From Calditrichia bacterium (GTDB lineage Bacteria > Calditrichota > Calditrichia > JAJRVZ01): a stretch of DNA of 64,000 bases. Below the pieces are notes generated by a model that worked only from the letters and a program-made list of their open reading frames with translations, was not told where the DNA came from and searched no databases. Positions 42,192 through 52,410 of the stretch are shown in pieces; the stretch's first letter is position 1, and every line of letters begins with the position of its first letter. The position numbers and the translations under genes are program-made. The stretch is taken from the NCBI GenBank assembly GCA_963796965.1, contig CAWCNS010000011.1, forward strand, positions 288,001-352,000. The letters run 5' to 3'.

Positions 42192-43551
42192 TTTTTCTGA
42201 TACAGCAATCAGATATTTTTGAGTTCGAAAATAAATCTTATCACCGGAGATAGCCGGGGTGGCCATACAAATATCCTGCATATCATTAACCGCCAATAAT
42301 TTAAATTCCATTCCTGCTTGAACAACATGGATTTTTCCTTCTTCGCCAGAAAAATAAATCCTTCCATCAGCAGCAACAGGAGAAGCACTAAAGGCACTTC
42401 CCTTCAATCTATCTTTATAGATTTCTTCTCCGGTTTTTGAATTAAAACAACGCAAAGAGCCATTCATCCGACAATTATATAGATAATCTCCATAAACGAG
42501 GGACGTCAACATATAAGATCCGCCTCTATTGATGCTCCAGGCAATATATTCGTTTGATCTTTGATCATCCCTTAGGGAAATATCTCCTTTGGCACTTGTC
42601 TTAATAGCATAGATAGGCGACATCTTTCCATGGGCATTATTTATAAAGATAAGATTGTGAGCAAGAACCGGGGTTGGCACAGGAATATCACCGCCTCCTT
42701 GCATTCGCCAAATTTCTTTACCCGTCTCAAAGTCATAACCGCCAATATGTTTATATCCATTCACGGCTATGTGGGTAATGTTATCAAAAAAATATATCGT
42801 TGGGGTGCTCCAGGTGGGGACTTCCTCTCTTGCTGTCCGCCAGATTTCTTTTCCTGATTTCGCCTCGAAACTTGCGATAAATGAATTTTTCTGAACATCA
42901 CATTGAACAATAACCCTGTCTTTATGGATTATTGGTGAGCTGGCAAAACCCCACTGTGCCTCCGGCGCGACAAAAAAACCGGAATCGAGGATCCCTAAGT
43001 CTTTTTTCCAAAGTAATTTTCCATTTATATCATAGCAGTAGAGACCTTCGGATCCAAAAAAGGCAACCACATGAACACCATCGGTGGCAATACTCGAATT
43101 AGCATGGGTGGATTTTGGATGTCGTTTCACTTTGGGAATTCCGGTACAGGATGTTTGTTCCCAAATCAGACTCCCCTGTATTTTTATTATAACACAATAC
43201 TTTCCAGGTATGCACGGTTTCATCTTCAACCGGATCGATACTGCCATATAGACCCACTTTTAATTCTGGATCATCAAGACCACTTATGGCTGTGGTTAGA
43301 AATAGCCGATCCCCCCAGATTACAGGGCTGGAAAATCCTAAACCAGGAACCTCGGTTTTCCACGTGATGTTTTCTGACTTTTCAAGATTCCAGGAAGTTG
43401 GAGGAGAAGCATTTTCTGCGATACCCGAAGCAAAATCACCGCGAAAACCAGGCCAATTTTCATCACCAGAAAGATGCATATTCTGAGCAAGTAATGCTAA
43501 AGTGAGAAAGGAAAATAAAAAGATGATATTAAGGATGATATGATTATTCAT
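42189..43551 (-). CDS. PQQ-like beta-propeller protein (frameshift near 43165)
   Basis: Signal peptide, NWPGFRG, GFSSPVIWGD, ASSPII, WSTP, MATPAI repeats. Confidence 0.85.
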
Positions 43552-43603
43552 TGGTCTTCCTTTCTTGTTAATTGAGAGGACAAGATTTTATAGCACACGG
43601 AAA

Positions 43604-43773
43604 TAGCACACGGATAACATGGATGACACAGATCTCCACGGATTAAAAGAATTTATATATATATTTTTTAAATAATCATATATCTGAAGATCTGAGGCAA
43701 AACAGCACGATTAAAAAAATAGTTTATAAAAAAATCCGTGAAGATCTGTGTCATCCGTGTCATCCGCGTGCTA
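43604..43773. mobile_element. Family A element supplying the glycosyltransferase stop codon
   Basis: Terminal CTA 43771-43773 is a TAG stop; extra TAGCACACGG copy at 43591. Confidence 0.88.
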
Positions 43774-45066
43774 TTGCCTCTTAACCACTTTATTATACAC
43801 ATCTAAAATATTTGTGGCCATGTTATTCATGGAATATTTCTCGAAAACAATTTCACGGCCCTGCTTTCCCATTGTACGAACACGCTCAGGATCATCCAGC
43901 AAAGATGAAATGGCCCGGGCCAGGTGCTCAGGATCATTGGGTTCATATATGATGCCTCCTCCGGTAGCTTCAATAAATTCAGGATACCCACCCACATTGG
44001 GTTGAACAATTGGAACGCCGGTGGCTAAGGCTTCAACCTGGTAAGCACCAAAGGCTTCGCCTCCGGGAACTGGAACCGAAAGTAATGATAGGGATGAAAG
44101 AAATTCCAGTCGATTTTCCAAATCAAAACTGTCAAATACAGTGACATCATTGAGAATTTTATTGGCTTTTAAATTCTTCAGCATTTTTTTTACAAATAAT
44201 TTATCATCTCCCGTATAACCACCCATCAAATATAATTGCACGTTTTTATACTTTGGATCTTTCTTTAATCTGATAAAGGCGTCAACGATAATACCAAGAC
44301 CAAAATATTCAGACATCCGACATAAGTATCCAATTACAGGTGGGTCAAAATTCAAGGGAGACTGTTTATATCTCTCCAGATCTATACCACCGTAAACCAC
44401 CTGGATTTTATCTGCTGGAATTTTCATCTGTTCCTGGGATTTTTCAGCAAAATAATGACTGGCCGCAATGAACATGTCCACATCCTCTGAGCGTTCAGAC
44501 ATTTTGTTCCAAACCTGATCCCGATAGTTTTCCCGCATGGGATCGATCCATTCATTTTCATCCTGCAGTGAACAGACAACCGGTATATTCAGATCATTTT
44601 TAAGCCGTTTGGCCATACCCAACAAAAGTGCATTTGAAAGATGTACAACATCCGGTTTAATCTCTTTTTTAAGAAATTCGATCAGATGATCCAATTCTGT
44701 AGCCTGTCTTCCCTTTTCTCCATCAAGCATGGATAAGGTCATTTCCTCAAGTCCGGATGCCCGGGTTGACCCGGCCTTTTTTGCAGCCATCTTCAACAAG
44801 GGTGTGGAATCTAGAATTCTCTCAAGCCACATGGGTGCTTTACGGTAAAATGGAAGAATCTCTTTTAGATAAATATTGATAGCACCAAAGAAAACCGGTG
44901 TATCGCCCATAATCCCAGTGGTTTCAACACTCAGAGGGAGGTAAAGCGGAACCATGATGACATCATTCCCCAACTCCTTGAGGGTTTTTATCAATTCATT
45001 ATCGCGCATGCAATTTTGACAATAAAAAGTACCACCTGATCCCGGAATAATATGTACTATTTTCAT
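43771..45066 (-). CDS. Glycosyltransferase family 4 with N-terminal CxxC
   Basis: GSGGTFYCQNCMRD; EAFGAYQVEALATGVPIV. Confidence 0.88.
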   Translation of the reverse strand: MKIVHIIPGSGGTFYCQNCMRDNELIKTLKELGNDVIMVPLYLPLSVETTGIMGDTPVFFGAINIYLKEILPFYRKAPMWLERILDSTPLLKMAAKKAGSTRASGLEEMTLSMLDGEKGRQATELDHLIEFLKKEIKPDVVHLSNALLLGMAKRLKNDLNIPVVCSLQDENEWIDPMRENYRDQVWNKMSERSEDVDMFIAASHYFAEKSQEQMKIPADKIQVVYGGIDLERYKQSPLNFDPPVIGYLCRMSEYFGLGIIVDAFIRLKKDPKYKNVQLYLMGGYTGDDKLFVKKMLKNLKANKILNDVTVFDSFDLENRLEFLSSLSLLSVPVPGGEAFGAYQVEALATGVPIVQPNVGGYPEFIEATGGGIIYEPNDPEHLARAISSLLDDPERVRTMGKQGREIVFEKYSMNNMATNILDVYNKVVKRQ

Positions 45067-46226
45067 TTAGAATCTCCAAATGCATATACCCTGCCATCAT
45101 CGGCACCGATTATTATTTTTCCGTCTGTAACAGCAGGAGAACCGGTTATAGCCGCCCCAATTTCATAGGACCACATTACCGATCCATCTTTTAAATCTAA
45201 TATATAAATTCGTCCATCGTTAGAGCCAATCACCACCCGATCATTGCAAATAACCGGTGAACTATCTACATCACCCCGTGTTTGAAATCGCCACTTTCTT
45301 TCTCCGCTTTGCCTATCCACACAGTGGAGAGAATGGTCCCGCGAACCAATGATCACCACATCCTGGTTAACCGCAGGAGACGAGAAAAAGGCTGCTCCTT
45401 TTTTTTGATCTTCATATTCCCACAGGATTTTTTGGGCAGACAAGTCGATGCAGATCAATTTATCTCCATAATGCCCGATGTAAGCTTTACCCTCATACAA
45501 AGCAGCCGAGCCCGCAATATAGGCACCGGCCGGCACCTCCCCTATTTTTTTACCATCACTTACCGAGATAATGTGGATAACTTCATCACATCCGCCAAAA
45601 ATTGCTCTTTGCCCATCTATGGCCGGTGATCCATTGATATAATATTCCGTTTCATAGGTCCACTTCAATTTTCCAGACCTGGATTCAAACCCATACATCA
45701 GGTTATCATAACTTCCAACAAGGATCAGTTTATCCTTCCTTCCCGGCAATTGGATCCAGTTTGCTGATCCATGGATCTGACCATCCGTCTCATATTGCCA
45801 TAGCACCTCTCCATTTAATGCATTAAGAGCATAGAAAAATCCCCCAATTGATCCGATATAAATCGTCGAATCAACAAGAAGTGGGGCCGCCTCAACATCA
45901 TCTTCCGTATCAAAAGACCATTTCTTGGCACCGGTTACCAGATCCAGGGCGTAAACAAACCCATCATTTGAACCAATAAAGACCATCTCCAAACCGACCA
46001 CAGGAGAAGATTTTATTTCATATTCTGTTTTAAAGGACCATATCAATTGGGGTTGGTCAGGAAGGTTACCCTCAGCTGTACCGGTAAGTCCCGAACTACC
46101 TCTGAAAACAGGCCAGCTGGCTGTGTTACTCTCACCTGTCTTTATCTGACCTTCTTTCTCAGAGACGCATCCGAAAAAGGTGGTAAGCATTATTAACAAC
46201 CATAAAAGTAGAGTGTTATTTATCAT
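45063..46226 (-). CDS. BamB/PQQ-like beta-propeller lipoprotein
   Basis: FGC lipobox, WPVFRG, regular SSP..D...GS.DG repeats; likely start MINNT at 46226. Confidence 0.85.
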   Translation of the reverse strand: MINNTLLLWLLIMLTTFFGCVSEKEGQIKTGESNTASWPVFRGSSGLTGTAEGNLPDQPQLIWSFKTEYEIKSSPVVGLEMVFIGSNDGFVYALDLVTGAKKWSFDTEDDVEAAPLLVDSTIYIGSIGGFFYALNALNGEVLWQYETDGQIHGSANWIQLPGRKDKLILVGSYDNLMYGFESRSGKLKWTYETEYYINGSPAIDGQRAIFGGCDEVIHIISVSDGKKIGEVPAGAYIAGSAALYEGKAYIGHYGDKLICIDLSAQKILWEYEDQKKGAAFFSSPAVNQDVVIIGSRDHSLHCVDRQSGERKWRFQTRGDVDSSPVICNDRVVIGSNDGRIYILDLKDGSVMWSYEIGAAITGSPAVTDGKIIIGADDGRVYAFGDSK

Positions 46227-47808
46227 TGCCGGCATCCTCAAAACTGTCTTTCGCTGCCAGGGCAGCCGTGGGACAGGCTTCAATGCAGTCCCGGGCAACC
46301 TTCTTCAAACCCTCCTGCATTGATTTATTCAACGGTACCTGGACGCGTACATCAAATCCCCGTCCAATAAAAGTTAATCCAAAATCTTCTTTAGCATTTT
46401 CTGTAATTTTTACACATAATCCACATTTTATACATTTTCCATCTTCATACAAAACAAAATCATGCTGGACATCCAGTTGAAATTTTTTCCGTACACCCGT
46501 TTTGAACCTTAACTGACTGCCCTTATATTCATCGGAATACATCCGTAATTTGCAGGAGACCTGTTTTCGGCAATCACATCGAAAGCAACGACTCGACTCG
46601 AGTACCGCCTCATTGGATGAGAATCCTCCTTGTTTGCTATTTTCAGGAACAATCGACAACAATGCGCCGGCCTGTTTGGCAAATTCTTCGCCTTCTCCCT
46701 CCATTAACTTTCCCATAACAGAATTGAAACGACGTCCATACCCATTTACAGTTGCCTCATTGAATTTTTGATTTACAGACGCGGCCATAAATTTCCCATG
46801 GGCAAGGGAGCGGATAGCCATCTTTCCCTCAGCAAGAATATTTCCACCAGCAAACACATCTGCTAAGTTGGTTTGAAATGTTTTTTTATCTACAACAAGA
46901 CCACGAGGTGTTTTTTCCAAATCATCGTAAACAGGTAGGGATTTCTCTGAAGAACCTGTTGCCAGGATAACAGCATCATAATCCTGTTGTGCCTCTTCCA
47001 AAGAAATATCCTGTCCCAAATTCTTATTCATTTGAAAATTTGCTCCTAATTGGCGGATAATGTCAATCTCAGCATCGAGTACCGATTTATCATATCTTTC
47101 ATCCGGAATTCCATACCTTAACAATCCACCCGGCTCAGCCTGATTATCAAAAACCGTGCATTCATGTCCCTCGGGAAGCAGGTAATAGGCTGCCGCCAAT
47201 CCCGCCGGACCCGCCCCGAATATAGCCACCTTTTTTCCTGTTGGATTTTTCTTCAGGGGCATAAAAGGTGAGGCACTTTCAAGATCAACATCCGCTACAA
47301 ACCGTTTTAGGAGGCAAATTCCTAAAGTACCGTCATGATATTTGCGATTACATCCTTTTTCACAGGGTGCCGGACAAATTCGGCCCAGGACAGCCGGTAA
47401 GGCAATGTTTTGTTTAACCGTTTTTAGAGCAGCGGCAAAGTTTTCTTCCTTGATCTGTCTTATCATCAAAGGAATATTCATGTACGCCGGACATGATCTC
47501 TGGCAGGGTCCTTCACAATTACCAACATGCTCGCTCAGTAGAAGATCCAGGGTGTCTTTACGGGCCTGTTCAACCCGGTTGTTTTTAGTTTCGATCTGCA
47601 TGCCATCCACAGCGGGTGCCGAGCAGGCCGGTACAAGTTTATCCAAATTCAGATCTTCAACCACACAGACCATGCAGGAGGTAATTGGTCCGCATTCTTC
47701 CAGGTAGCACATGGTGGGGATATCAATACCCAACGTTTGTGCTGCCTGAAGGACGGTTTGTCCTTCTGCAGCTTTAACTTTTTTGTTATCTATGGTTAGG
47801 GTGATCAT
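46216..47808 (-). CDS. 2Fe-2S / GltD-like FAD / 4Fe-4S oxidoreductase subunit
   Basis: DIPTMC...CMVC...AC N-domain; PCQRSCP, GRICPAPCEKGC, GAGPAG, VFAGG; C-terminal CIKCGLC and CIEACP. Confidence 0.88.
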   Translation of the reverse strand: MITLTIDNKKVKAAEGQTVLQAAQTLGIDIPTMCYLEECGPITSCMVCVVEDLNLDKLVPACSAPAVDGMQIETKNNRVEQARKDTLDLLLSEHVGNCEGPCQRSCPAYMNIPLMIRQIKEENFAAALKTVKQNIALPAVLGRICPAPCEKGCNRKYHDGTLGICLLKRFVADVDLESASPFMPLKKNPTGKKVAIFGAGPAGLAAAYYLLPEGHECTVFDNQAEPGGLLRYGIPDERYDKSVLDAEIDIIRQLGANFQMNKNLGQDISLEEAQQDYDAVILATGSSEKSLPVYDDLEKTPRGLVVDKKTFQTNLADVFAGGNILAEGKMAIRSLAHGKFMAASVNQKFNEATVNGYGRRFNSVMGKLMEGEGEEFAKQAGALLSIVPENSKQGGFSSNEAVLESSRCFRCDCRKQVSCKLRMYSDEYKGSQLRFKTGVRKKFQLDVQHDFVLYEDGKCIKCGLCVKITENAKEDFGLTFIGRGFDVRVQVPLNKSMQEGLKKVARDCIEACPTAALAAKDSFEDAGNDK

Positions 47809-48048
47809 TTTAATAATATTTTTCCTAGGTGCATCAATTTTTTTTCATCCACGAATTATCCGTCTTCTCCGGATTAGGCAAAGACTGACACGAATTTGCA
47901 CGAATTATAAATTTATTCACCAACGGTGACGTAAGGACGAAGCATTCCGTACATGATCCAAGACAAAATTCACAAAATTTTGCTTGGAATGCTTCGCCCC
48001 TACGTCTTCCCTCTTCTCTCCACGCTTTACGCTCTACGCTTAACGATA

Positions 48049-50427
48049 CTATATAATGTCCACGGCATCATGCGGGCAAACCTGTAAACACGTATCGCAT
48101 TTCGTACATTCTTCCTGGATGATTTCGTGTTTTACATAGGGAATTGCCGGAATGGCATCCACCGGGCATTTTTGGGCACAAATCGTACAACCAATACAGT
48201 TGTCATTAATCGTATATTTGATCAGGGCCTGACAACTTTTTGCCGGACATCTGCCCTCCAGATGTGCTTCATATTCCTCACGAAAATAGGTCAGCGTGGA
48301 AAGAACCGGATTTGGGGCTGTCTTGCCAAGCCCACATAAACTTCCCTGTTGTGTCTGTTTAGCCAATTCCTCAAGTTTTACCAAATCGTCTCTCTTGCCC
48401 TCACCGCGGCATAGTCTTTCCAGGATTTCCAGCATGCGACGGGTTCCTATTCGGCAATGTGTACATTTTCCACAGGATTGATTACAGGTAAAATCAACAA
48501 AATAACGGGCAATATCCACCATACAATCAGAATCATCCATCACCAGAAGACCACCGGATCCCATCATCGCCCCAACCCGATATAAATCTTCATAATCTAC
48601 TTTTGTATCAGCAAGTGCTGCCGGGACGCATCCACCCGAAGGTCCACCAATTTGCACGGCCTTAAACTCTTTTCCGTTTTCTATACCCCCACCGATTTCC
48701 TCCACAATTTCTCGGATTGTAATCCCCATGGGAACTTCAATCAAGCCACCCCGTTTTATTTTGCCTGCCAGCGAGAAGACTTTTGTTCCCTTGCTCTCTT
48801 TAGTACCAAGGGCGGCAAATGTCTTTGCACCGTTTCGGACTATCCAGGGCACTGTGGCATAGGTTTCACAATTATTCACCAGGGTTGAATGTCCCCATAA
48901 ACCCTCTTCAACCGGATAGGGCGGACGGTAACGTGGCATACCTCTTTTGCCTTCAATGGAAGCGATCAAGGCTGTTTCTTCACCACAAACAAAAGCGCCT
49001 GCCCCCTGCATAATTTTCAATTTAAGCGAAAAATCACTGTCAAGAATCTTATCTCCCAATATTCCCTTTTCTTCGCATTTTTCCAGGGCATTCTGAATGC
49101 GTTGAACGGCGAGGGGATATTCAGCTCTGATATAAAAATAGCCCTCGTGGGCACCAACAGCATAGGCAGCCAAAATCATTCCTTCTATGACACGAAAGGG
49201 ATAGGATTCAAGAATCATCCGATCCATAAAAGCCCCGGGATCACCTTCATCTCCATTGCAGATAATATATTTGATGTCATCTTTGATTTGGTGGGCTATG
49301 AACCACTTTTTACCGGTGGGGAAACCGGCACCACCACGTCCCCGTAAACCGCTGGCGCTAACCTGCTCAATTAATTCAGATGGAGCTACTTCTGATAAAA
49401 CTTTTTTTAAGGCCTGGAAGCCACCCTTTTGGCTGTATTCATCCATATCGAGAGGATCGAGCACGCCGGCAAATTCGGTGGCGATATGTTCCTGGCGGTC
49501 AAGAAAAAGACTTACATGTGGATCACGTGTATCCAACGGATGACGCGTAAAATCTCCCTGGTCATCATCGCTGAGCAGATTTTCAATCATCTGAAGTGCT
49601 GAATTGGATAGGCGATCCCTTAAACGATCTGGTTTAAAGTGTCGTGTAACGATTTTTTTAACTTCATCGGCCTTAACCTTTTCATAAAGAACCGGTTCCT
49701 TATCGGGAGCTATAACTTCAAGTAAAGGCACCCGGTGACACATACCCACACATCCTACCCGTTTAATCTGTGTATGGACGCCCGTATCAACAAGTGATTC
49801 TTCCAGGGCTTGTTGAACTTCAGCACTCCCGCTGGCGACACAACAAGAACCCAATCCCACCCGAATTTCACCTACCTCATCTGAAAATGGTTTATGTAAC
49901 ACCTGTCCCAAAGACTGACTCTTTTCCAGGGACAAAAAATCATTTAAAATATTGGCAACCCCATCAGCCGAAGCATGTCCATAAGTAAGCCCGTCAATCT
50001 GAACCACCGGAGCGAGGGTGCAGCAACCCAGACAGGCCACCCGTTGAATGGTAAACTGTCCGTCCGGATCAGTATCTTTGCCATTAGGAATATCCAGTTC
50101 ACGGTAGAAAGCATCCGCAACTAGCTCGGCCCCTTTTACATGGCAGGCTGTGCCCGTGCAGATTTGAATGAGATGCTCTCCGACCGGTAGGTGGCGGAAT
50201 TGAGCATAGAAGGTAGATACACCAGAAATTGATGCCGGTGTAATTTCTGTTATTTGACAGACATGTTTTAATGCCGATTCGGGGAGGTATTTGTATTTTT
50301 TTTGAATCTGATGCAGAATTGGAATGACAGATTCGGGACCCTTTCCGGTTTCTGCCACTATCTTATCTATCTCGGCATTCATTTCATTTCCGACCAAATT
50401 ATGGAGAATCTCTATTTCAGCCATCAT
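48049..50427 (-). CDS. NuoE + thioredoxin-like 2Fe-2S + NuoF fusion (HydC/HydB-like NADH module)
   Basis: CTGTACHVKG, CLGCC, CVGMC, GLRGRGGAGFPTG, NGDEGDPG, GEETAL, SCGKCTHCRIG and two C-terminal 4Fe-4S motifs. Confidence 0.92.
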   Translation of the reverse strand: MMAEIEILHNLVGNEMNAEIDKIVAETGKGPESVIPILHQIQKKYKYLPESALKHVCQITEITPASISGVSTFYAQFRHLPVGEHLIQICTGTACHVKGAELVADAFYRELDIPNGKDTDPDGQFTIQRVACLGCCTLAPVVQIDGLTYGHASADGVANILNDFLSLEKSQSLGQVLHKPFSDEVGEIRVGLGSCCVASGSAEVQQALEESLVDTGVHTQIKRVGCVGMCHRVPLLEVIAPDKEPVLYEKVKADEVKKIVTRHFKPDRLRDRLSNSALQMIENLLSDDDQGDFTRHPLDTRDPHVSLFLDRQEHIATEFAGVLDPLDMDEYSQKGGFQALKKVLSEVAPSELIEQVSASGLRGRGGAGFPTGKKWFIAHQIKDDIKYIICNGDEGDPGAFMDRMILESYPFRVIEGMILAAYAVGAHEGYFYIRAEYPLAVQRIQNALEKCEEKGILGDKILDSDFSLKLKIMQGAGAFVCGEETALIASIEGKRGMPRYRPPYPVEEGLWGHSTLVNNCETYATVPWIVRNGAKTFAALGTKESKGTKVFSLAGKIKRGGLIEVPMGITIREIVEEIGGGIENGKEFKAVQIGGPSGGCVPAALADTKVDYEDLYRVGAMMGSGGLLVMDDSDCMVDIARYFVDFTCNQSCGKCTHCRIGTRRMLEILERLCRGEGKRDDLVKLEELAKQTQQGSLCGLGKTAPNPVLSTLTYFREEYEAHLEGRCPAKSCQALIKYTINDNCIGCTICAQKCPVDAIPAIPYVKHEIIQEECTKCDTCLQVCPHDAVDII

Positions 50428-52102
50428 TACTTCCTATACAATACAGATTCTCTTCACCACGTATATAAATTCTACCAGGCATAAAGGCAGGAATGGTCAT
50501 AGCATCTTCACCAAGGGCCGCTTCACTTATAAGTTCAAATTCTTTACTTACTTTAATTATATGCGTCGTGCCGGACATATCGATTAAATAGACGCGGTCG
50601 CCAACAACAATTGGTGAGGAATAGAATCCCTTATCGAATTCGTGGATCCAATATTGCTCTCCATTTTCACTGTTAAAACAGGATACGGCTCCAAAACTTG
50701 AGGCCATAAAAAGAAAGCCAGAGACCGCGACGGGACTGGAAACTTCTGACAATTCTTCATCATACTCCCAGGCAATAGCAGGCTCATCCCCTAATTTTAT
50801 GGCTGCTAATATGGCAAATTCATTCACAGCAAATACCATTTGATCTGCAAAAGCCGGGGATGGTGCCACTTCTCCATACATACATTCCACCCGCCAAAGT
50901 TCCTGACCAGTTGAAGGATCATATGATATCACATTCGGGTTGGTACTTAATATAACTTGTGATTGTTCACCCGTATTAATTAGAATTGGTGAGGACCATG
51001 AGATTTGGTCTTCCCTTATCGTTTTATACACCTGATTACCATTATTAATATTTAAAGCTAATAACTGCATGCTTTCATTATGGTCATATTGTACAAGAAT
51101 TAAATCTTCATATCTGATCAAAGATGAAGCATGGCCATAATGATTATCGGGGACGCCTAAATTTTTCACCCAAACACGCTTTCCTTCAAAATTCAGACAG
51201 GCCATATCTCCGGTGGCAAATATGACAAAGACCCTCTGCCCATCCGTGGTCATGGTCGGTGCTGCGTAACCGGTATCTTTTGTAACCTTTGGTTTTTTTG
51301 CCGGGGAACCCGGTATATCATTCAACTTCTCTATCCAGATAATTTTACCAGAGTTTGTATCCACACAATAGACTTCCTGACCTTCTTTATCTGCACCGGC
51401 CAGGAATAATCTATCTCCCCAGACAATGGGTGAATTAAAGCCGGGTTTGGGTATGGCCCATTTCCATAGGATATTTTTCCCTGAAGGTCCATCCCATTCG
51501 GTAGGCACATTCTCCTGGTAAGCAATACCTTGCCCGCTTTCTCCTCTGAATCCGGGCCAATTCTGGCGTAGTTCCTCTATGGATGGCAAAGCTATTTCAG
51601 GAGAAGATTTCTCCCCTACCCCACTCACGGTCAGGAGATTAGAGATCAGGGCTAAAACGATTATCCCTAACCCGCTGTAAATAATAGACTTCCTGGCAAG
51701 AATCTTCTCATCCCAGGTCATATCCGGATGTGTTGGAACCTCAAGATCAGGAAACTTTGATTTTTTTGAATTCAAGAATTTTAGGGCGAGAATCAAAATG
51801 ACCAGAGAGGTAAACAATAAGAATCCGCCGGTACGAATTTGCCATTGATTAGTGAAGTAGGCTTTACGGGCTAGTAAATCCAGGGCTCTGATCTGCTCTT
51901 TCAATACTTCATTATCCGGATCCTTTTGTAACTCAAGCATCATTTTAACGAGTACATCGCTCTTGAGCGGTTCAATGGATTTGGTCTGGACATAATTAGC
52001 AATCATTAAAACACTGAGGATGAGTGCAAAGATTGCTGTGACAAGCACAATTTTCCGGGCCAGGCTGTAGGTAAATTCAGATGATTCTGTCATATTTTTC
52101 AT
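50417..52102 (-). CDS. Membrane-anchored PQQ-like beta-propeller protein
   Basis: About three N-terminal TM segments, then NWPGFRG, FNSPIVWGD, WSSP, FYSSP. Confidence 0.85.
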   Translation of the reverse strand: MKNMTESSEFTYSLARKIVLVTAIFALILSVLMIANYVQTKSIEPLKSDVLVKMMLELQKDPDNEVLKEQIRALDLLARKAYFTNQWQIRTGGFLLFTSLVILILALKFLNSKKSKFPDLEVPTHPDMTWDEKILARKSIIYSGLGIIVLALISNLLTVSGVGEKSSPEIALPSIEELRQNWPGFRGESGQGIAYQENVPTEWDGPSGKNILWKWAIPKPGFNSPIVWGDRLFLAGADKEGQEVYCVDTNSGKIIWIEKLNDIPGSPAKKPKVTKDTGYAAPTMTTDGQRVFVIFATGDMACLNFEGKRVWVKNLGVPDNHYGHASSLIRYEDLILVQYDHNESMQLLALNINNGNQVYKTIREDQISWSSPILINTGEQSQVILSTNPNVISYDPSTGQELWRVECMYGEVAPSPAFADQMVFAVNEFAILAAIKLGDEPAIAWEYDEELSEVSSPVAVSGFLFMASSFGAVSCFNSENGEQYWIHEFDKGFYSSPIVVGDRVYLIDMSGTTHIIKVSKEFELISEAALGEDAMTIPAFMPGRIYIRGEENLYCIGSNDG

Positions 52103-52410
52103 TTTTAGACTTCAAAAAAAATTATTTCGATATACTCGATAGTTAATTACTCTCGCAAAGGCGCTAAGTCGCAAAGAATAGAATTTTTATAATATAGATG
52201 CCGAAATAAATTCAGCATGACAAATATCACGATTACTTTTTATTTAATTTTGCCAAACCATTTAAAAATTGATTGTTCCGTGTTGAATATTGAATATTGT
52301 CAATTTTCTTTACCTTTTACCTTTTTCCTTAGAATACTATATATTTTTCATATTTCTTATCTTAAATACGCTGCGTCACCGCGTCGCTGCGTGAGATAAA
52401 TTATCCGGAC

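Noticed and set aside
48049..50427. Complex I (nuo) operon or [FeFe]-hydrogenase
   Set aside because: No other nuo subunits, and the partner lacks H-cluster motifs; gene symbols withheld.
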